58,970 nucleotides of DNA, filler included, from Sphacelaria rigidula (GCA_964200075.2; 10 parts of 10 records of this genome joined end to end with filler, not necessarily neighbours in it), one strand, 5' to 3'. Positions 23,530-37,062 are shown, counted from the first letter of the whole stretch. Program-made: numbers and translations. The notes: generated by a model from the letters alone, not told the origin.

Positions 23530-24999
23530 NNNNNNNNNNNNNNNNNNNNNNNNNNNNNNNNNNNNNNNNNNNNTTAATTAATTAANNNNNNNNNNNNNNN
23601 NNNNNNNNNNNNNNNNNNNNNNNNNNNNNGTTTTTTTCGTTTGTTTGGTGCCCCTCCGTCCAGGGGGCGCGCGGGTGGCCGGCTGTCCTCGGGGGGTTAG
23701 GAGGGGGGGGGGGGGGGGGGGGGGGGTTCGCGAGCTCAACAGATGAGTAGCAAAAAAAGGGTATTTTTTGCATAGCATTTTTTCGGGAATTTTTGCAGAG
23801 CGAAACTTTCCGGTAGCACGTGACCTGCGAGTGTGGTGAAGGGCAGTCTCCAACATCGTGTTGAGATGGTGTTCAAAGTATGTCGTGGGATCGTTCCTGC
23901 TGTAACGTCCCAGTGGTGGCGATTGTGTTGCAAGCGGTGACAAGAATTCTACGTGAATATGAGCGGCAGGCTTATGAGATACTGTAGGTTACGTATGATA
24001 TTCGAGGTGGGGTAAATTGGCATAAAACCATTGAAGTCCACTCATCCGAACCTCCTGAGGAAGAAGAGAGAGCACCGTATATGGATCGGAGACGGGTGCC
24101 ATTCACGTGCAGCGGGTCAGGCACGGTACTTTCATCGCGGTGGTTTACTGGCCTTCTAACCGCCCTCATGGTCATTTTCCGTCGTTGACGTATGATATTC
24201 GCAAGCCGCGGATTGCATAGTACTGCCCTGCAGGATCCTGCTGCTGAGTACCGACAATAGCAGCAGCACCGCAGATGCTAAGTTGCTCATGATTTGGGAA
24301 CCGCCCGCATACCGTCTCAATAGGTATTTTTACTCGCGACTAGCCCTTGGATGAGTGCTCTACCGCGTACCGTGTGCTGCTGCTTGCTCTAACAGTGTTC
24401 CGCCCAAATGAAATAGAGAAACCTTTTTATGGGAATTTGTTTCACCTCTTTTCACCCCGTTGCGTACTGCTGCAACGCGCGACCTCAGATTCCTCGATAT
24501 AGGCTTGTTGGCTGTGCTTCACATGACATGTGGCTGAAGTTTCAGCGCGTTGCAGCGCCGACTGCGCACGCACAGTCGTATCTCCCCACACAGAGCCCCT
24601 CCACAGGCGATATGTGATTGAGTTCTGTACAGACGGTCATTGTCCCCGGGGAATCCTAGTACAGATCGAGGTCGTTTGTCAGCGAAGCATCTGACCAGCT
24701 GTATATGATGCGGGAGCTACTGCACGAGCGTGTCTAGATGTGCACTGAGGGTTAGTGCGCGAAGTTCGGTCCGCGGCAAGCCGTTTTGAGGGTATATCGA
24801 TCGCATTGCCAAAGATATGCAATCGCTGTCCTCCTTCGTGCGCGTTGGCGAAACGTGCCGCCGATTATCGCATATGCTGCCTGTCTACTGTTCAAGTAGT
24901 GTGCGAACTTTCGCGGCTGTTTATCAGCCCACGGCGGGGAATTCCACAACCCAAGTTTGCTGCGAAGAATAGCGAAACGGCAGTAGTGGACGAGTGCAA

Positions 25000-25960
25000 G
25001 ACGCAGCAGGAACGGTTACGTCGCATATCCCGCGTACGGAAACACCTTGGCGTCACACCTTCCACCTCTCTGGCTGCCCGGTATCGGTGGGAACGAGAAG
25101 TGCATAGCGGCCGTCAGCGCTTTTCCGGGAAGGGTGCGGTAGATGGCCGTCCGATACCGTATCCCTTTTATGATATCAACAATAACGATCATAGCGAACA
25201 GGGTTATCGTGCAGCTGCAGTATATCACGAGAGCAAGTGCGGGTGTGGTCGAACCTCTACCTATCGTTGTTGCCGCCAAGATGTGGGGATTAACGCATGT
25301 ACATTTTACCCAAGTGTCGCCATTTCGCGGACATGTCAGCCTTTTTACTCTGACGCCCGTCGCACTTCTACCGACATGAAGCGCCTCCTTGGTTCACCGA
25401 CGGCGAATTTCTGTAGACAACTCGAAACGGTCACCACGGCGGTCCTGTGTGTAACCTCTGGCGCTCGCCAGCGATGGGGATCCCAAACAGCATGACTTCT
25501 TCCAAACAACCCTTTTGTTGATAACGGGTCAAACTGAGTGTTAACATTAGAATGTGCTCCGCGGCGCCGAAATATCGGTGCAGCATATTTTCAATGTGGC
25601 GGCAGGCGCCGACGCCGCGGATGGACGTGAAATATCCGCGGGAGAAGCATATCATATCCCATGTTGCCCTTAGGCGACAAGATGCCGATCGCCATTTCAT
25701 TTCTGTCGTGTTACCGTCAAAATACCTTCCGCGTCTGAATGATTGCGCAACATGTATCTTGCCCTGGGACTAACCACCATGTGCCGGACCGAAAACGCCG
25801 TAAAGCCTGCGCTCACTTTTCGAGGAGAGGGATGCAATTGCTACAGAACTTGCCACGGGGAACGACAGCGTTTCCGATCGTCGCGCGGAATCCCTCTCTG
25901 TATTCGCCGGAATTACGGGATCGCGGGCGCCCCGCGGCAAATGTCCTTCACGAAGCAATA
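25000..25960 (+). pseudogene. Probable divergent member of the unassigned coding family
   Basis: Colinear anchors with copy 1: INNNDHSE/ITNGDISE, GRTSTYRCCR/GVQSTYLFCR and VLCVTS/TLCVSS. STY-to-Cys spacing is 192 vs 191 nt. Confidence 0.5.
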
Positions 25961-26517
25961 TCCCCCGGGTAATGCGTCACATCGCCAAAATATGTCGCTC
26001 AGTTCCGCGGAAGAAGCAGTGCGCCTACTGTCAATTGTGTAAATTATTTCAACACGGTAAAAGAAACCCGGGGCCATTTCCACACCGCCTCTACATCCTT
26101 CGCACACACCTCCCGTGTCCTAATCACACGGCGAAACGACATGAAGTGCCACCAGCACGACTGACAGCGCTTCAGCGTCGTCTCATAGCCGTTATCGTTT
26201 GCACGCGTTGAAAAATAAGCACCAGGCAGGTGAGTATGCCCGCCAAAACCATTAATCTTTCGTGGCAGAACATAATTTCTTGGGGTGAACCACCACTCAC
26301 ACTTTCATCAACCCATCATAAAATCTGGTAACCTCGTACTCCCGCGTCAACCCCAGCGTTACTGCTCGCATATACTTCGCCCCCGCCTCGCGATCGTCAG
26401 CGTGCACCTGAGGCCCAACATGGTACGCGCAGTGAACGTGGGTGGTACAGGTTGAGGTCCAAATAACTGTGAGTAGTGCTTGTTTGGTGTCTGATCGGTT
26501 TGGACGTGGGGACAGTA

Positions 26518-28039
26518 CAGGCTGGTTCACGCTCATCACCCAAAATTGTGTTATCAGCAAATGCCTTCCGCGAAACCTACCCAATGGTCGCATGCATGAT
26601 ATCATACTGACCGCCATGGACAGCTGAAAAGTGTGACATAGCCGGATTTGAGAGTAAGACCATAGTGGTAGCACTAAGGGCAAAAAGGTATATCGATCAA
26701 TCAGCGCCCGTCAAAATGTTCCGAGTTCGAAATTACGAATTTCAAGCCCGATTTCCACCCAACCTCCACATGCTTCAAATCATAATAACCGTCATCGGCT
26801 CGGGAATCTAACGCAATAAATAAATTTAAAAACGGTTACTACGGGGTCGCATTATATCCGAAACCGTGATGTTTCGGGGTCGTCGGGTAATGGCGTCCTC
26901 TAATTTCCACTAATACGCACGAAAGACCCAGGGAGCATCGTGACGGTGTTCCCTATATTTGTTGTAGAAAAGCTCAGATCCCCCTCAAACTTGGCAGTTC
27001 CGTAGGTGTTGATGCTCCAAATAAAAAAAAGGGGTTCTTGACAATATATCATGGTTTTTCCGTTCTCTGCCGGCTTCCAAGGGTCCCAATATGAAGACCC
27101 CCGGAGGACGGTACAGAATGCTCTAGAAGAAAAATAATAAAATGATGCGTCCTGGGATCGTTCAAGGAACACATGTACAAAGTTTGGGGCAGAAATTCGA
27201 AGGCCTCATACAGTTTTTCTTGACTTGACGTAAGGTTCACCTCAAAAGACGTTTCCATAGTAAAATCGAGTAGTTCGCAGTTTCACGTTTCAAGCCCACG
27301 TCCTCCACAAACGCGCAAACCTACACGCCGTCACTGGGAGTTAGATCCTGGAACTTTGCAAAAGTACGCTATGTACCATTAAACAACTTTCTATGGATTG
27401 TGTTTTTTCACTTGTTGGGTTTTTCACCTTTTTCCTTGGGTCCGACGGGGGTTTAAGTCGGTCTTCGAAGTAGTCTCCATTCTGGGACTCGGGAAAACCG
27501 GCACGACGATATTGTTTTTCATTTTTTCGTGAGCGAGCTGTCCCCGCATAACCCGAGGAAGGGTCCCACAAACATTTGTCGCAAAAATCGATCAACTGAT
27601 GCTTGAATTTTCATGTTCGCGTCAAAGAACGCCCAAAAACGCCGTTTTCATACTAAAATCGAGTAGTTTGCGGTTTCACCGCGGCACGTCGAAGTTCATC
27701 GCACAAAAGTGAAAAACCTGACGCTGTTTTAAGGAGTTAGATCCTGAAATGTTTTGCACAGCTGTGCTATGCGTCATTACGCAACTTTGGATGATTGAGG
27801 TCTTTCGAGTTTTTGTTTGTTCACCGTTTTACGGGGGTCCGATTGGATTGATGTCCCCCGGAAAAAATTGGGACCCCCGAAAAACGGCGAAAAAAGTCAA
27901 AAAGTCGGAAAACTTCGACCTTCGAAAGTAGTGTAGTGCCCCATAGAACATCTGGGCAAAATTTCAGGGTCTACCACCTTACAGCGGCGTGAGGTATTGC
28001 CGATGAATGTGTTTTGGGTGATATGCCTGAACCAGCCTG
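26518..28039. mobile_element. 1.5-kb non-autonomous Tc1/mariner-type element
   Basis: TA|CAGGCTGGTTCACGCTCATCACCCAAAA ... TTTTGGGTGATATGCCTGAACCAGCCTG|TA. Contains an internal ~390-bp tandem duplication and no transposase ORF. Confidence 0.85.
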
Positions 28040-28489
28040 TAAGACAAATGGGAGGGATCGCCGCGCCGAGTACTATACTCGGTCGACGACATGTTTTGCC
28101 ATGTAAACACAAGTGTACGGTGACTGGGAAAGAACTCCTGGGCGTTTCCACAATTAGTTAGTGAGGGTTGCTTGCCTGCGGGGTACCGCAGTGCGCGTGC
28201 TTCACGTCGTCGGCGCGTGCAACACAATGCAGTATAAGTGTGTGCGTTGTCATCCCATCTATTCTGGACGCATCAGCCGGGGCCACACAGGAAAAAGGTC
28301 AATACAAGATTTTTTCCTTTTGATTTTGTCTGAGGACTCCATCTTCCTTCAGCGGTGCTTGCCTTGTTTTTTTATCGCGAGAGGGGATCAGCAGCCCATT
28401 TCCCTCGCCGACCGTGGAGTCGAATGTTGTGTATCATGACGTAGTCGCTTTCCACTATTTGGCATGTTTTGGGAAAGAATTGCAGATCG

Positions 28490-28564
28490 CGTGACTTCAC
28501 CGAGGTTCGAACCCACGACCCAACTGTCAAAAGAGCTACCACCTGAGCCACCGGGGCGACCGGC
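28490..28564 (-). mobile_element. tRNA-derived SINE head or tRNA pseudogene
   Basis: Minus strand reads GTCGCCCCGGTGGCTCAGGTGGTAGC (A box) ... GTGGGTTCGAACC (B box). Anticodon arm and acceptor stem do not form properly. Confidence 0.65.
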
Positions 28565-28719
28565 TTACAAGTCAAAAACAAAACGAGTGCAAAAAAACAA
28601 AAACGAGTGCAAAAACATATACGAAAGGTCCCTGGCGCCGCGCTGGCGGCGGTCCGCAGAGAGAGGGGGGTGAGTGGTGACAGGAGATATTTGCGAAAAA
28701 ATTGGACCATCGTCGACTT

Positions 28720-29060
28720 CATGGGGGAGATGTGTTCATGATCTTGCACGCCGTAGGCATACGACCATTGACCTCGTAGCTCTATCCCTACAAAGCCGGG
28801 ACGGAGCACGCGGGGTTTTCGCTTTGGGAAGGAGCGGAACGAGTAGTACCAGGTGGAACTGCCGTGTGTTCCATGTTGCAAGTCAGTATTTTGTCGGTAT
28901 GGTCTCTCCCATTTCGCCGCCGTTCGATCCATTCTTCCTGTTACTTGGGCGCTAGCGGGGCCGACAATAATCTCAAGTGCATCCTTGCGAGCAAAACGGT
29001 GAAGCCGGAAGTTGGAATAACCAACGGCGTTGAAGGTTGACGTTATCAGCGCCCCTAGTG
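28720..29060 (-). mobile_element. LINE 3' fragment (family B)
   Basis: KPRVLRPGFVG..EVNGRMPTACKI, homologous to ~22418-22500. Confidence 0.55.
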
Positions 29061-29368
29061 AACACATGCGCATACTGAGTTACCACACACAGCGCCAAGT
29101 AATTTGTTGGAGCGGGCAACAAATAGCAGCAAGTTTAACGGAGAGATACAGCAAGGTGGTCCAGGCCAGAAACGTACATTCTCCTGGCGCACGATAACTT
29201 CTGCACTTGCCCGAATGCATGTGTCGCTGTGAACTGCAGAGCAAGCTGCTGATGCACGCTCTGCTGCCAAAGTTAGAAGACTCGGAGAACAATCGTTACT
29301 GTACGGTATATTATTATGCTGGATAAAGACGAGAGATTGGTTGATCCCTTGAGACTACCGACTCGTCC

Positions 29369-29436
29369 GGAGGGGGGGGGGGCGTACTCATTTGTTGCTT
29401 GCCTTAGTCATTTGACCATTGACCACGCATCCCTTT
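29369..29436 (-). mobile_element. LINE 3' end (family A), cut by contig end
   Basis: Near-identical to 37929-37984 and preceded on the + strand by a G run. Confidence 0.9.
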
Positions 29437-30416
29437 NNNNNNNNNNNNNNNNNNNNNNNNNNNNNNNNNNNNNNNNNNNNTTAATTAATTAANNNNNNNN
29501 NNNNNNNNNNNNNNNNNNNNNNNNNNNNNNNNNNNNTGGAATACGACCTATTGCCCATATCACGCACATCGAGAACGCCTTCTATTTAAGCGACTAATAT
29601 CCGCCGTCACACATCACCCCCGTGTCCTCGGTCGTTATCCAATATCTTCCCAGAACCCTCGAAAATCCCCGTGCGTCCAGTCATTATCCAGATTATCACT
29701 ACCAACTCAACGTAACGGCGTATTTTCGTCACAGCACCCCCAAAGCGCGTTGGACGAAAATGGATTAACAAGCTTGACACGTAGAAAACGCCAAAACGAT
29801 GAGTAAGTCACAACTGAATACCAAACTCACTCGTAATGCGAGCAGCAGCGGCACGAGTCACGCGCATTTACGCAACTCCTTCGTGAGAAATTCCGGACCC
29901 ACGTACGCTCCTCAACTTCGAAACCAACCCTGTCGACCAGCACGATCAACGAACGATCGTCTGCTTCTGCCACTCGGACAATACCAGCCATCTGGAATTG
30001 CCCCTGATTGAAAACGTGCTAGAACACGTCCTTAACGCCAGCCGTAACATTAAGCTGCGAGTCTGCATAAAAGCTCAAACGAGCTACATGGGCGGTCTGA
30101 ACACGACTCGAAACAATATTCAGAATCTCAAACACGTGCGGGTGGTGAGCACCAACCACTCTCCATGGACTAGTCCACGATACGCTGTATTGAGCGCCCA
30201 TTGCACCGCGGGCAACATGTCCACCCACTCGGAAACCGCTCTACGCTACTGGAGAAGAATAGAGGGAAGAGCACGAACTACTTCCTTGACCATGCGTTCG
30301 CACGTTCCATTAGACCGCGGAGAATACGCCAACGCAAACTGGTGATCAACGCGCAAAGCCTCTCGCAATCGGGCCAAGGTCACATTCTGGAAAAAATGCG
30401 TGGCGGTATCACTCAC

Positions 30417-31544
30417 CTACACACGCGGCACCCCCAAAGTTTTGCAGCAATTCATCAAATATGCAGCGGTCGATTCAGCAGTACACACTGCTACTGGTTT
30501 CAGAGACACGAAGTTGCTCGAATCATCCATGATTACCGAAATGTATCGAAACACAGCATCCTCCGCCAAACCTTGATAAGCTAGCGGGCCACTCTCGCCC
30601 ACGTACAAGAAGTCAAAATGAACGACTTTATTCGGCATGGTCCCGTGGACTGTTTCACCGAGCGGGCGGGGAACATCATCGCCCGCCCTCGGGCCAGCAC
30701 AGTGAAGACACTGGCGGAAAAATTCGCGCACATGGGTTTCTATCCCCTGCCAAACACAACACCCTTGCAGGCGCACGAGCGTCGCAGCCAAACCACGATG
30801 CCCGGCGTCGCGCACGTGCGCGCAAATCACCAGACGTACCTGCAACTGCTTGTCAGTACTCGGGATCCATAAAACGTTTCGGTTACGTACATGCACATGA
30901 AAAAGACCTTTATTGTCCAAGAGAGCAGTACCAACGTCCGACTCGAAAGATTGCACATCCCCATCTTCGGCCGCGAGTTCTTTCCGTTGCGCTTGGCGGA
31001 CAACAGATTTGCACGGCATCGAGCCATCAGGTTCACATGGACCATACACAGCCACAGCGCGCATAGGCAAAGCCGGAATATTCATCCAGCGCGGAAGCAC
31101 GTCACCCAACGCATTACGGTCGCCTGAAATGTGGCAAATCGAGTGACGAAACTGGTCAAGAAGAGCTTTCAAACCCTTCAAACGTTGTGGCAACGCTTTC
31201 GACACAGACGTAACGCACGCTTCCGGGTTGAAAATACATACGAGATTTCGATGATCCGTGAAAATATGAACGCCATCCCACGAAAGATGCTCCAAACGAC
31301 GAAAAGTGCTCACGATAGCAAAACCTTCCTCGTCAATTGTGGCCCAACGCAACTGGGAACCCTTGAAATTATCACCGAGGAAAGCTAGCGGTCCATGCGT
31401 CATATCCTCAACTGGCAAGCGTCTTTGCATTTCAAGTTTAGGCACCTGCGTGACAGAACAGCCCCAATGGCACTCGGATGCATCCGGAAACATTAGCACC
31501 TGACGATCATGACGATGATGAAACAGCGTCACGGCGTGAGCCAC
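30417..31544 (-). pseudogene. Gypsy RNase H-integrase segment
   Basis: MFPDASECHWG, FKGSQLRWATIDEEGFAIV, HIFTDHRNL, the HHCC zinc finger and VVHFDFLYVG. Confidence 0.92.
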
Positions 31545-31787
31545 CTTATCCTTCGCTGACGCCCATGCCTGGAACCTGTCCTCCGTTCACGATGTAGGCG
31601 GAATAGAGTGGTTTTTTGCAACACGCTTCGTCCGCCTCGCAGCACCCGCCATAAGTTCTTCGAGGAAAAAACGCAAGGGAGCTACAGTTTCTTCCATACG
31701 CGGCAACGAGGCACGCAGCCACTTTATCGCGTGCAGGAATTGCATGAGTTCTGCGGCCGTCTCCGGGCGCCGCATGTCAGACATGCC

Positions 31788-33157
31788 TTACAATCTGACA
31801 GGGTCATGAGATACGCGTCCGTGTGAGTACACTTTCCCACACAACATGAGTTCACTAGCGATGAATATCATTTTGTGCGCCGCCGTAAACAAATCAACAC
31901 CATCTAAACAAGCCAAGATAGCATCAAGCGTGTCTAAACGTTTTTCTTCCGTGTCGGCGAAAAAAAGAAGATCACTCACACCCATATCTTGTATTTGAAG
32001 CCGACGAGCAGTTCTGTCATGATGCCTTTACAATATGCCGTGACATTCAGCACGCCTTGCGGAACTCGCTTCGGGGTAAACAAACCAAACGGAGTCGTGA
32101 TTGTGAAAATCTCCTGCGCCTCCTCCGCCAACGATATCTGCCAGTAACCTTGGAGGAAGTCCAACTTGCTAAGAAAAAGAGCACTCAACAGATCACGCAT
32201 GCCCGGCTCTTGGTTGGGCATCACACCCGGCGACTTCTCAACCTGCTCATTCACTGCCTTGTAGTCGCTTACCAAGCGAAACGGGTCTTTCTTCGGAACC
32301 GCCATCGCCGGACTGGACCACACCGCCTGCAAGTTCCTGAACACCAGCCCGAGCGCCAAAATAGCCGCCATGCACGACGCCAACCAACTCGACTTCACAG
32401 GATCGTGCCGCTGCGGCGTCGTCTTCACCGCGGACGCCCCAGGTTTTAGCTGAACGCGCATGAGCTCCAAGCGCGCAGGGGGATCACCCCCCAGCGCACG
32501 ACGAAACGCGTTGACACGGTGATGTAATATGCCGCGCAGGCGCTTCGCTTTCGAGACGCTGAGGCCTTTCGCCACAACATCCGTCACGCTCTCCTCCAGC
32601 GCGACCTTCCGAGCGGACTCCTCTTCCGTCGGATTCATAAACATCTTCGAGCCACGCTCTACCAAGCGTTCCACCGCCGCATCCCGCTCCTCGGTCACCT
32701 GCACCCCAGCCTCCTGAAAATCATCCACCGACAAGCTCACGCGACGACTGCCCAAGTAGGCGGGCGTCTCCACGTGCGGATCAGGTGGAGACACCCGCGT
32801 CTTGATGGAGTCCCGCAATCGCTCATACGGGTCGACTCCAAGATCCTGAAGCGTCGGCAACCGCAGAAGAATGACGCCATCCGACCCCGGCATAATTGCA
32901 AACGAGATCGGAGGAAACGGCGCCGGCCCCCAGGCAGTCATGAAAGCCAGCTGCAGCGGAACAGTTCGCTCCGTGACGGAAACATGCTGACCCGACGGGT
33001 GGCGGCCTGCCGCGCCCGGAGCAAAAACGGGATGCGCAGCGGCACACCCGGGAGAAAACGCTCCAGCATTTCTACAATCTGCACCGACAAACTCGTGAAG
33101 TGGGCGCCAGAATCCAACACAGCTCCGGCTCAACGCTTCCGTTGATTTGGAAGACAC
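31788..33157 (-). pseudogene. Gypsy protease-reverse transcriptase segment
   Basis: LDSGA in an alternate frame, WSSPAMAVPKKD, RLVSDYK and TPFGLFTPKRVPQG. The YxDD region is frameshifted and degenerate (WV/SDLLFF). Confidence 0.92.
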
Positions 33158-35689
33158 AGCTCCGCAGGAACGTACTTGTCCGCGAACTCCACTGGCACTT
33201 CATCCACCGACCGATGCGCCGCTGATCCTACTTGACGCCACGGCTGCGCCGGCTGCGCAGGCGACGACGCCCCGGTAGGTTCAAATGGCACCGCCGGCGG
33301 GTTTGACCTCCAGCCAGCAGACCAAAAACTTGGAGAAACTCCGACCAGCGCATCAGCAGGCATCGCGCCTGACGCTGCTGCCGGCGTCGCTACCGGCGCC
33401 ACCACCGGCGCCGGCGCAGTGTTCGACACTGCAGAAGTCGGTCTAACCTGCACCGCCCGTTGCGGAGCAGCAGCACCAAGGGCGGCGCGGGACCCAGAAT
33501 CAGACCCATGCTGACGCCGCTGCCCCTGCTGCTGCTAGTGCTGGTGCTGCTGGTGCTGGTGCTAAGAACTAGACTGCGACCCTCCACCGCCGGAGGGTCC
33601 ACGGCCGCCATCACCCCGATCACCTCGTCCTTTGCGCTTGTGCTGTCGATGCTGATGGCGCGCGGCATGAGACTGCCCAGACTCTCCACCGGAAGACGTT
33701 GGACAATCGCGCGCGTCATGGCCGACCTGGCCACAGCGGTGGCAGGTGATGGTCGCAGCGTGGCCGGCCGATTTTAAGCCGTGGTGGCGCAAAGACGTCG
33801 TTGTGAAGGTGGACGACTGACCGAACACCTCTATCTTCCGCCACTCCTTGGCCTCAGCCACGACGGTGTCCATCACCAGGTAAGGGTCAACCTTTTAGTC
33901 TGTTTGGTGCTGCAACTTTACAAGCACGGCTGCTCAAATTTTTCCGGCGTTAACCCCTCCACCAAAGCCTTGGTGATTACGGCAGTAGGGCCGGGAACAA
34001 ATTCACCATCGAGGGAACGATATACTAGTTCCACGTTCGGATTTTTTTTAAATTATTCTTCCAGATTGGACAGGATTGGCTCCACCCGCTCTAACATCGT
34101 CTTTCCCCGATACTCCATGGCGACAGCTTTCGCCACGGCCGCGGACGCTTGGGACAACCCCACCTCGGCGCCCGTGGCATGCCCAGCATGCTTTTTGATT
34201 GCCGCAACCAACTGCGGCGGGGTTATTGTGCTCCCATCATATTCCACAGGCGCAAACACTCTTTGCATATGTGTGGGTACCTGTTGAGCCATCGACACTA
34301 CCTGATGTCGCACTGCATCCCCTGCGTTTGCGTGTTCGACACGCTTTATATACTCCGGTTACTTCGTATAGAAAGTGCAAGATGCACTCTCGGAGTACCT
34401 ATCCCCGTATTGAGGAGGTCGCAACCCTTCCCGCATAACCACGGGCGTCACGCTGGACGTACTACTCGAGCCGGTCGCCATAGCTTCAGCCGGCTACCTG
34501 CGAACCTTTCGCAGGCCAGCGGACCTTCGCGAATTGCACACTTCCTTGCTTCGTCGCTGCACCACACAGTTGAAGGAGCCTCCAAACTCCCGCTGCACAC
34601 AGCTTCAGCAAGACTCCAGTCTGGACCAATCACAAGCCAGCCGCCTTTCTGCAGCTACCATCAGCTTGAACCCCCTTCACGCGTCCGTGATGCTTCACGT
34701 TGTCCCCAGCTGCCAGACTCCTCCGCCGAAAATCTTCCAGCAGATTCCGCTAGATACTAAGTTTAGCACTCACACTAATATCGATACGCCAGCCAGAAGA
34801 ACTGGTGGATCACTGCTGTCGAGGGACTCCTCAGTCTCACTGGCCTCAGTTACTAGTCGTCAGCCTTCACAACATCTCATTATCAGCAGTGCCCTTCCAG
34901 GTACCAACCTCCTACACGCGCAGGGTATCATCCCCGTGTCCCCGGTCATTACCCAGAATCCTTCAGAATCCTCGAGAATTCCCGTGCGCCCAGTCATTAT
35001 CCAGATAATCACAATCGGGCATCGAACCCTTCATAGAGGTAACTAATATCACGATTATTCTGATCTTTAGTTCTAGGTCGCTCACAGCACAGCGGGGAAA
35101 CTCGCCCCCCTCTCAGATCAGTACGTTAAGCGGTACCTCTCTCAGCCCGCGCGCTCCACCACCGCCCGACTCCTCCTTGCACGAGGTCAGCGAAAAAAGT
35201 CTTTCCAACACATACCCGTTGCCGCCGTGCCGAGTTTTTGCGTTGGAGTCAGGCTACCAGCGTGAAGCTACACGAGTTATTTTCGTGTGTGCTGTGAAAA
35301 GTCAAAAACGTCAGCCACACCCCTGCATACCTGAAGAAACACGNNNNNNNNNNNNNNNNNNNNNNNNNNNNNNNNNNNNNNNNNNNNTTAATTAATTAAN
35401 NNNNNNNNNNNNNNNNNNNNNNNNNNNNNNNNNNNNNNNNNNNCCATTCATGTGATGGGGTAGGTATGAGAGTAGTGAAATGAAGCAGGGTCATGATCCA
35501 AAGTCACATTGTCTTGGAGGAGGTGGTTGATGAAGGCATAGTAAAATTTGTGCCCTCGTCCCCCGTCCCCCTCCCGCCACGAACAACGCGAGAACTGTGA
35601 CGATGTACGGCCATCTCATCGTGTCATTCTCCTCAACACCCATCTTTTGTCCCCCACGACGACCAACCCTGCTCTCGCGGGCGCTGCAG

Positions 35690-35989
35690 GTGCCTGCTTC
35701 CTTTGAGCCGGGCCATGCCTCCTTGACCGCGGCCCTGGCTGCTTCGGCCGCGGAGCGCGCGAATAGTGGAGATGACAACGGAAGCGGGGGGGACGGGGGC
35801 GGGGGCATTGGTCAGCCCCCAACACCAGGGGGGGAATTCGACATGATGTCCGCTAAGTCGTTGTCGGGCAAAGTAACCACTCCTTGCACACCGGCAGAGG
35901 GCGGATGGAGTGGGAATAGCGCGGCGGGCGCTGGAGGGGGGGATAAGCGGTCGGAGCTGCGAGTCTCGTCGGCGGATCATAGGGTGCAG
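35690..35989 (+). CDS. USP deubiquitinase, probable low-complexity insertion exon
   Basis: CAG|GTG...CAG|GTACGT, 300 nt, phase 0/0, Gly/Ala/Ser-rich, in phase with the next exon. Confidence 0.7.
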
Positions 35990-36336
35990 GTACGTTTGTG
36001 GGCTGTTCACATTAATGTTTTCACGTCTCGTGTCGTTGTTGGGGCATTGCGATGCTTCGTATGATATTTCGGTTGGTTCGTTTGTGGAAGGGCGGCGAAT
36101 GAAAAGCGGTGGCGAGATGCCTTGGTGTACGAGTACTGTGACCAGGGGCCGGGTGAGGGACGAGCGTACGAAGCGGACAGGATGCACATGCTGCGTGCGT
36201 ACGGCACAGCATTTGTTCGCGTGGAGGTGGTTGGGTGTCGCATGTCACGATTGCAGCGTGGGTATGATGATTGTAGCCTCTGCAGACTCCATGTCATCGT
36301 CCTGAGTCTCTGCCTAGGCACCTGCCGTACGATTAG

Positions 36337-36369
<33 letters not shown>

Positions 36370-37062
36370 CTCACAAGAGCCCTTTCCACAAATCTAGTGC
36401 CTGTGGTCACAAAAGAGTTGCCATAAAAAGACGGGACATGAGGAAACGAGTAATAATACGGTGCCCCGCAGGATGGGGTTCTACGACACGTGAGCTAAAA
36501 ATACAAAATGCGTGAAGATGTAGGTATGACTCGAAAAAGAAACAACTGCAGAGAAGTCATCGGTCATATGGTGTGCGGGCCAGGAGGGATAGAAATGGCA
36601 ACAAAAGGTCCAAGTAGCAGAACTACACAGGTGGGGATACCGAATACGTGAGGACAAGACAACACAAGACGCGACAAGAGCAGAGGATGATGGGATTCGA
36701 GTACAGGCCTACAAAAAGCGAGAGATGACAAGAAACAGGACAGGAGGAGAGGAAATGAAAGGAGAGAAATAGTCTCAAGAGCCGGGAATACTAGAGAGAA
36801 GGAAAGAGTCATGGCAACACAAGCGGGTGGAAGAGGGAGCGGTATCGTCAGTCGAAACCAATGTCGCCTCGCGTTGTGCCTCCTCCATCTGGTTCATACT
36901 TGTGTCGAGCAAAGTTTTACCATCCTGAGCATTTTTGGCGCCGTGCCCGCCCCCCACCCCTCGTGCCGCACCTGGTACGGCCTCTGCGTCTGCCTCTTGT
37001 GCCGTGTGGTGTCGTGTTCTCTCCTCGCGCTCGTGATGTTTTCGGCGCCTTTCCGCACGCAG

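Larger units (their letters stand above)
29612..35012 (-). mobile_element. Ty3/Gypsy LTR retrotransposon, near full length, decayed
   Basis: Domain order: gag with CHRCGQVGHDARDC knuckle, protease LDSGA, RT (RLVSDYKAVN, LDFLQGYWQ, RVPQG), RNase H (IFTDHRNL), integrase (H..GHRG..CLHC, VHFDF, MDD). ~85-bp LTR-like direct repeat at ~29612-29698 and ~34926-35012. Confidence 0.95.

Noticed and set aside
28490..28564. Functional tRNA gene
   Set aside because: The anticodon arm and acceptor stem cannot be formed.
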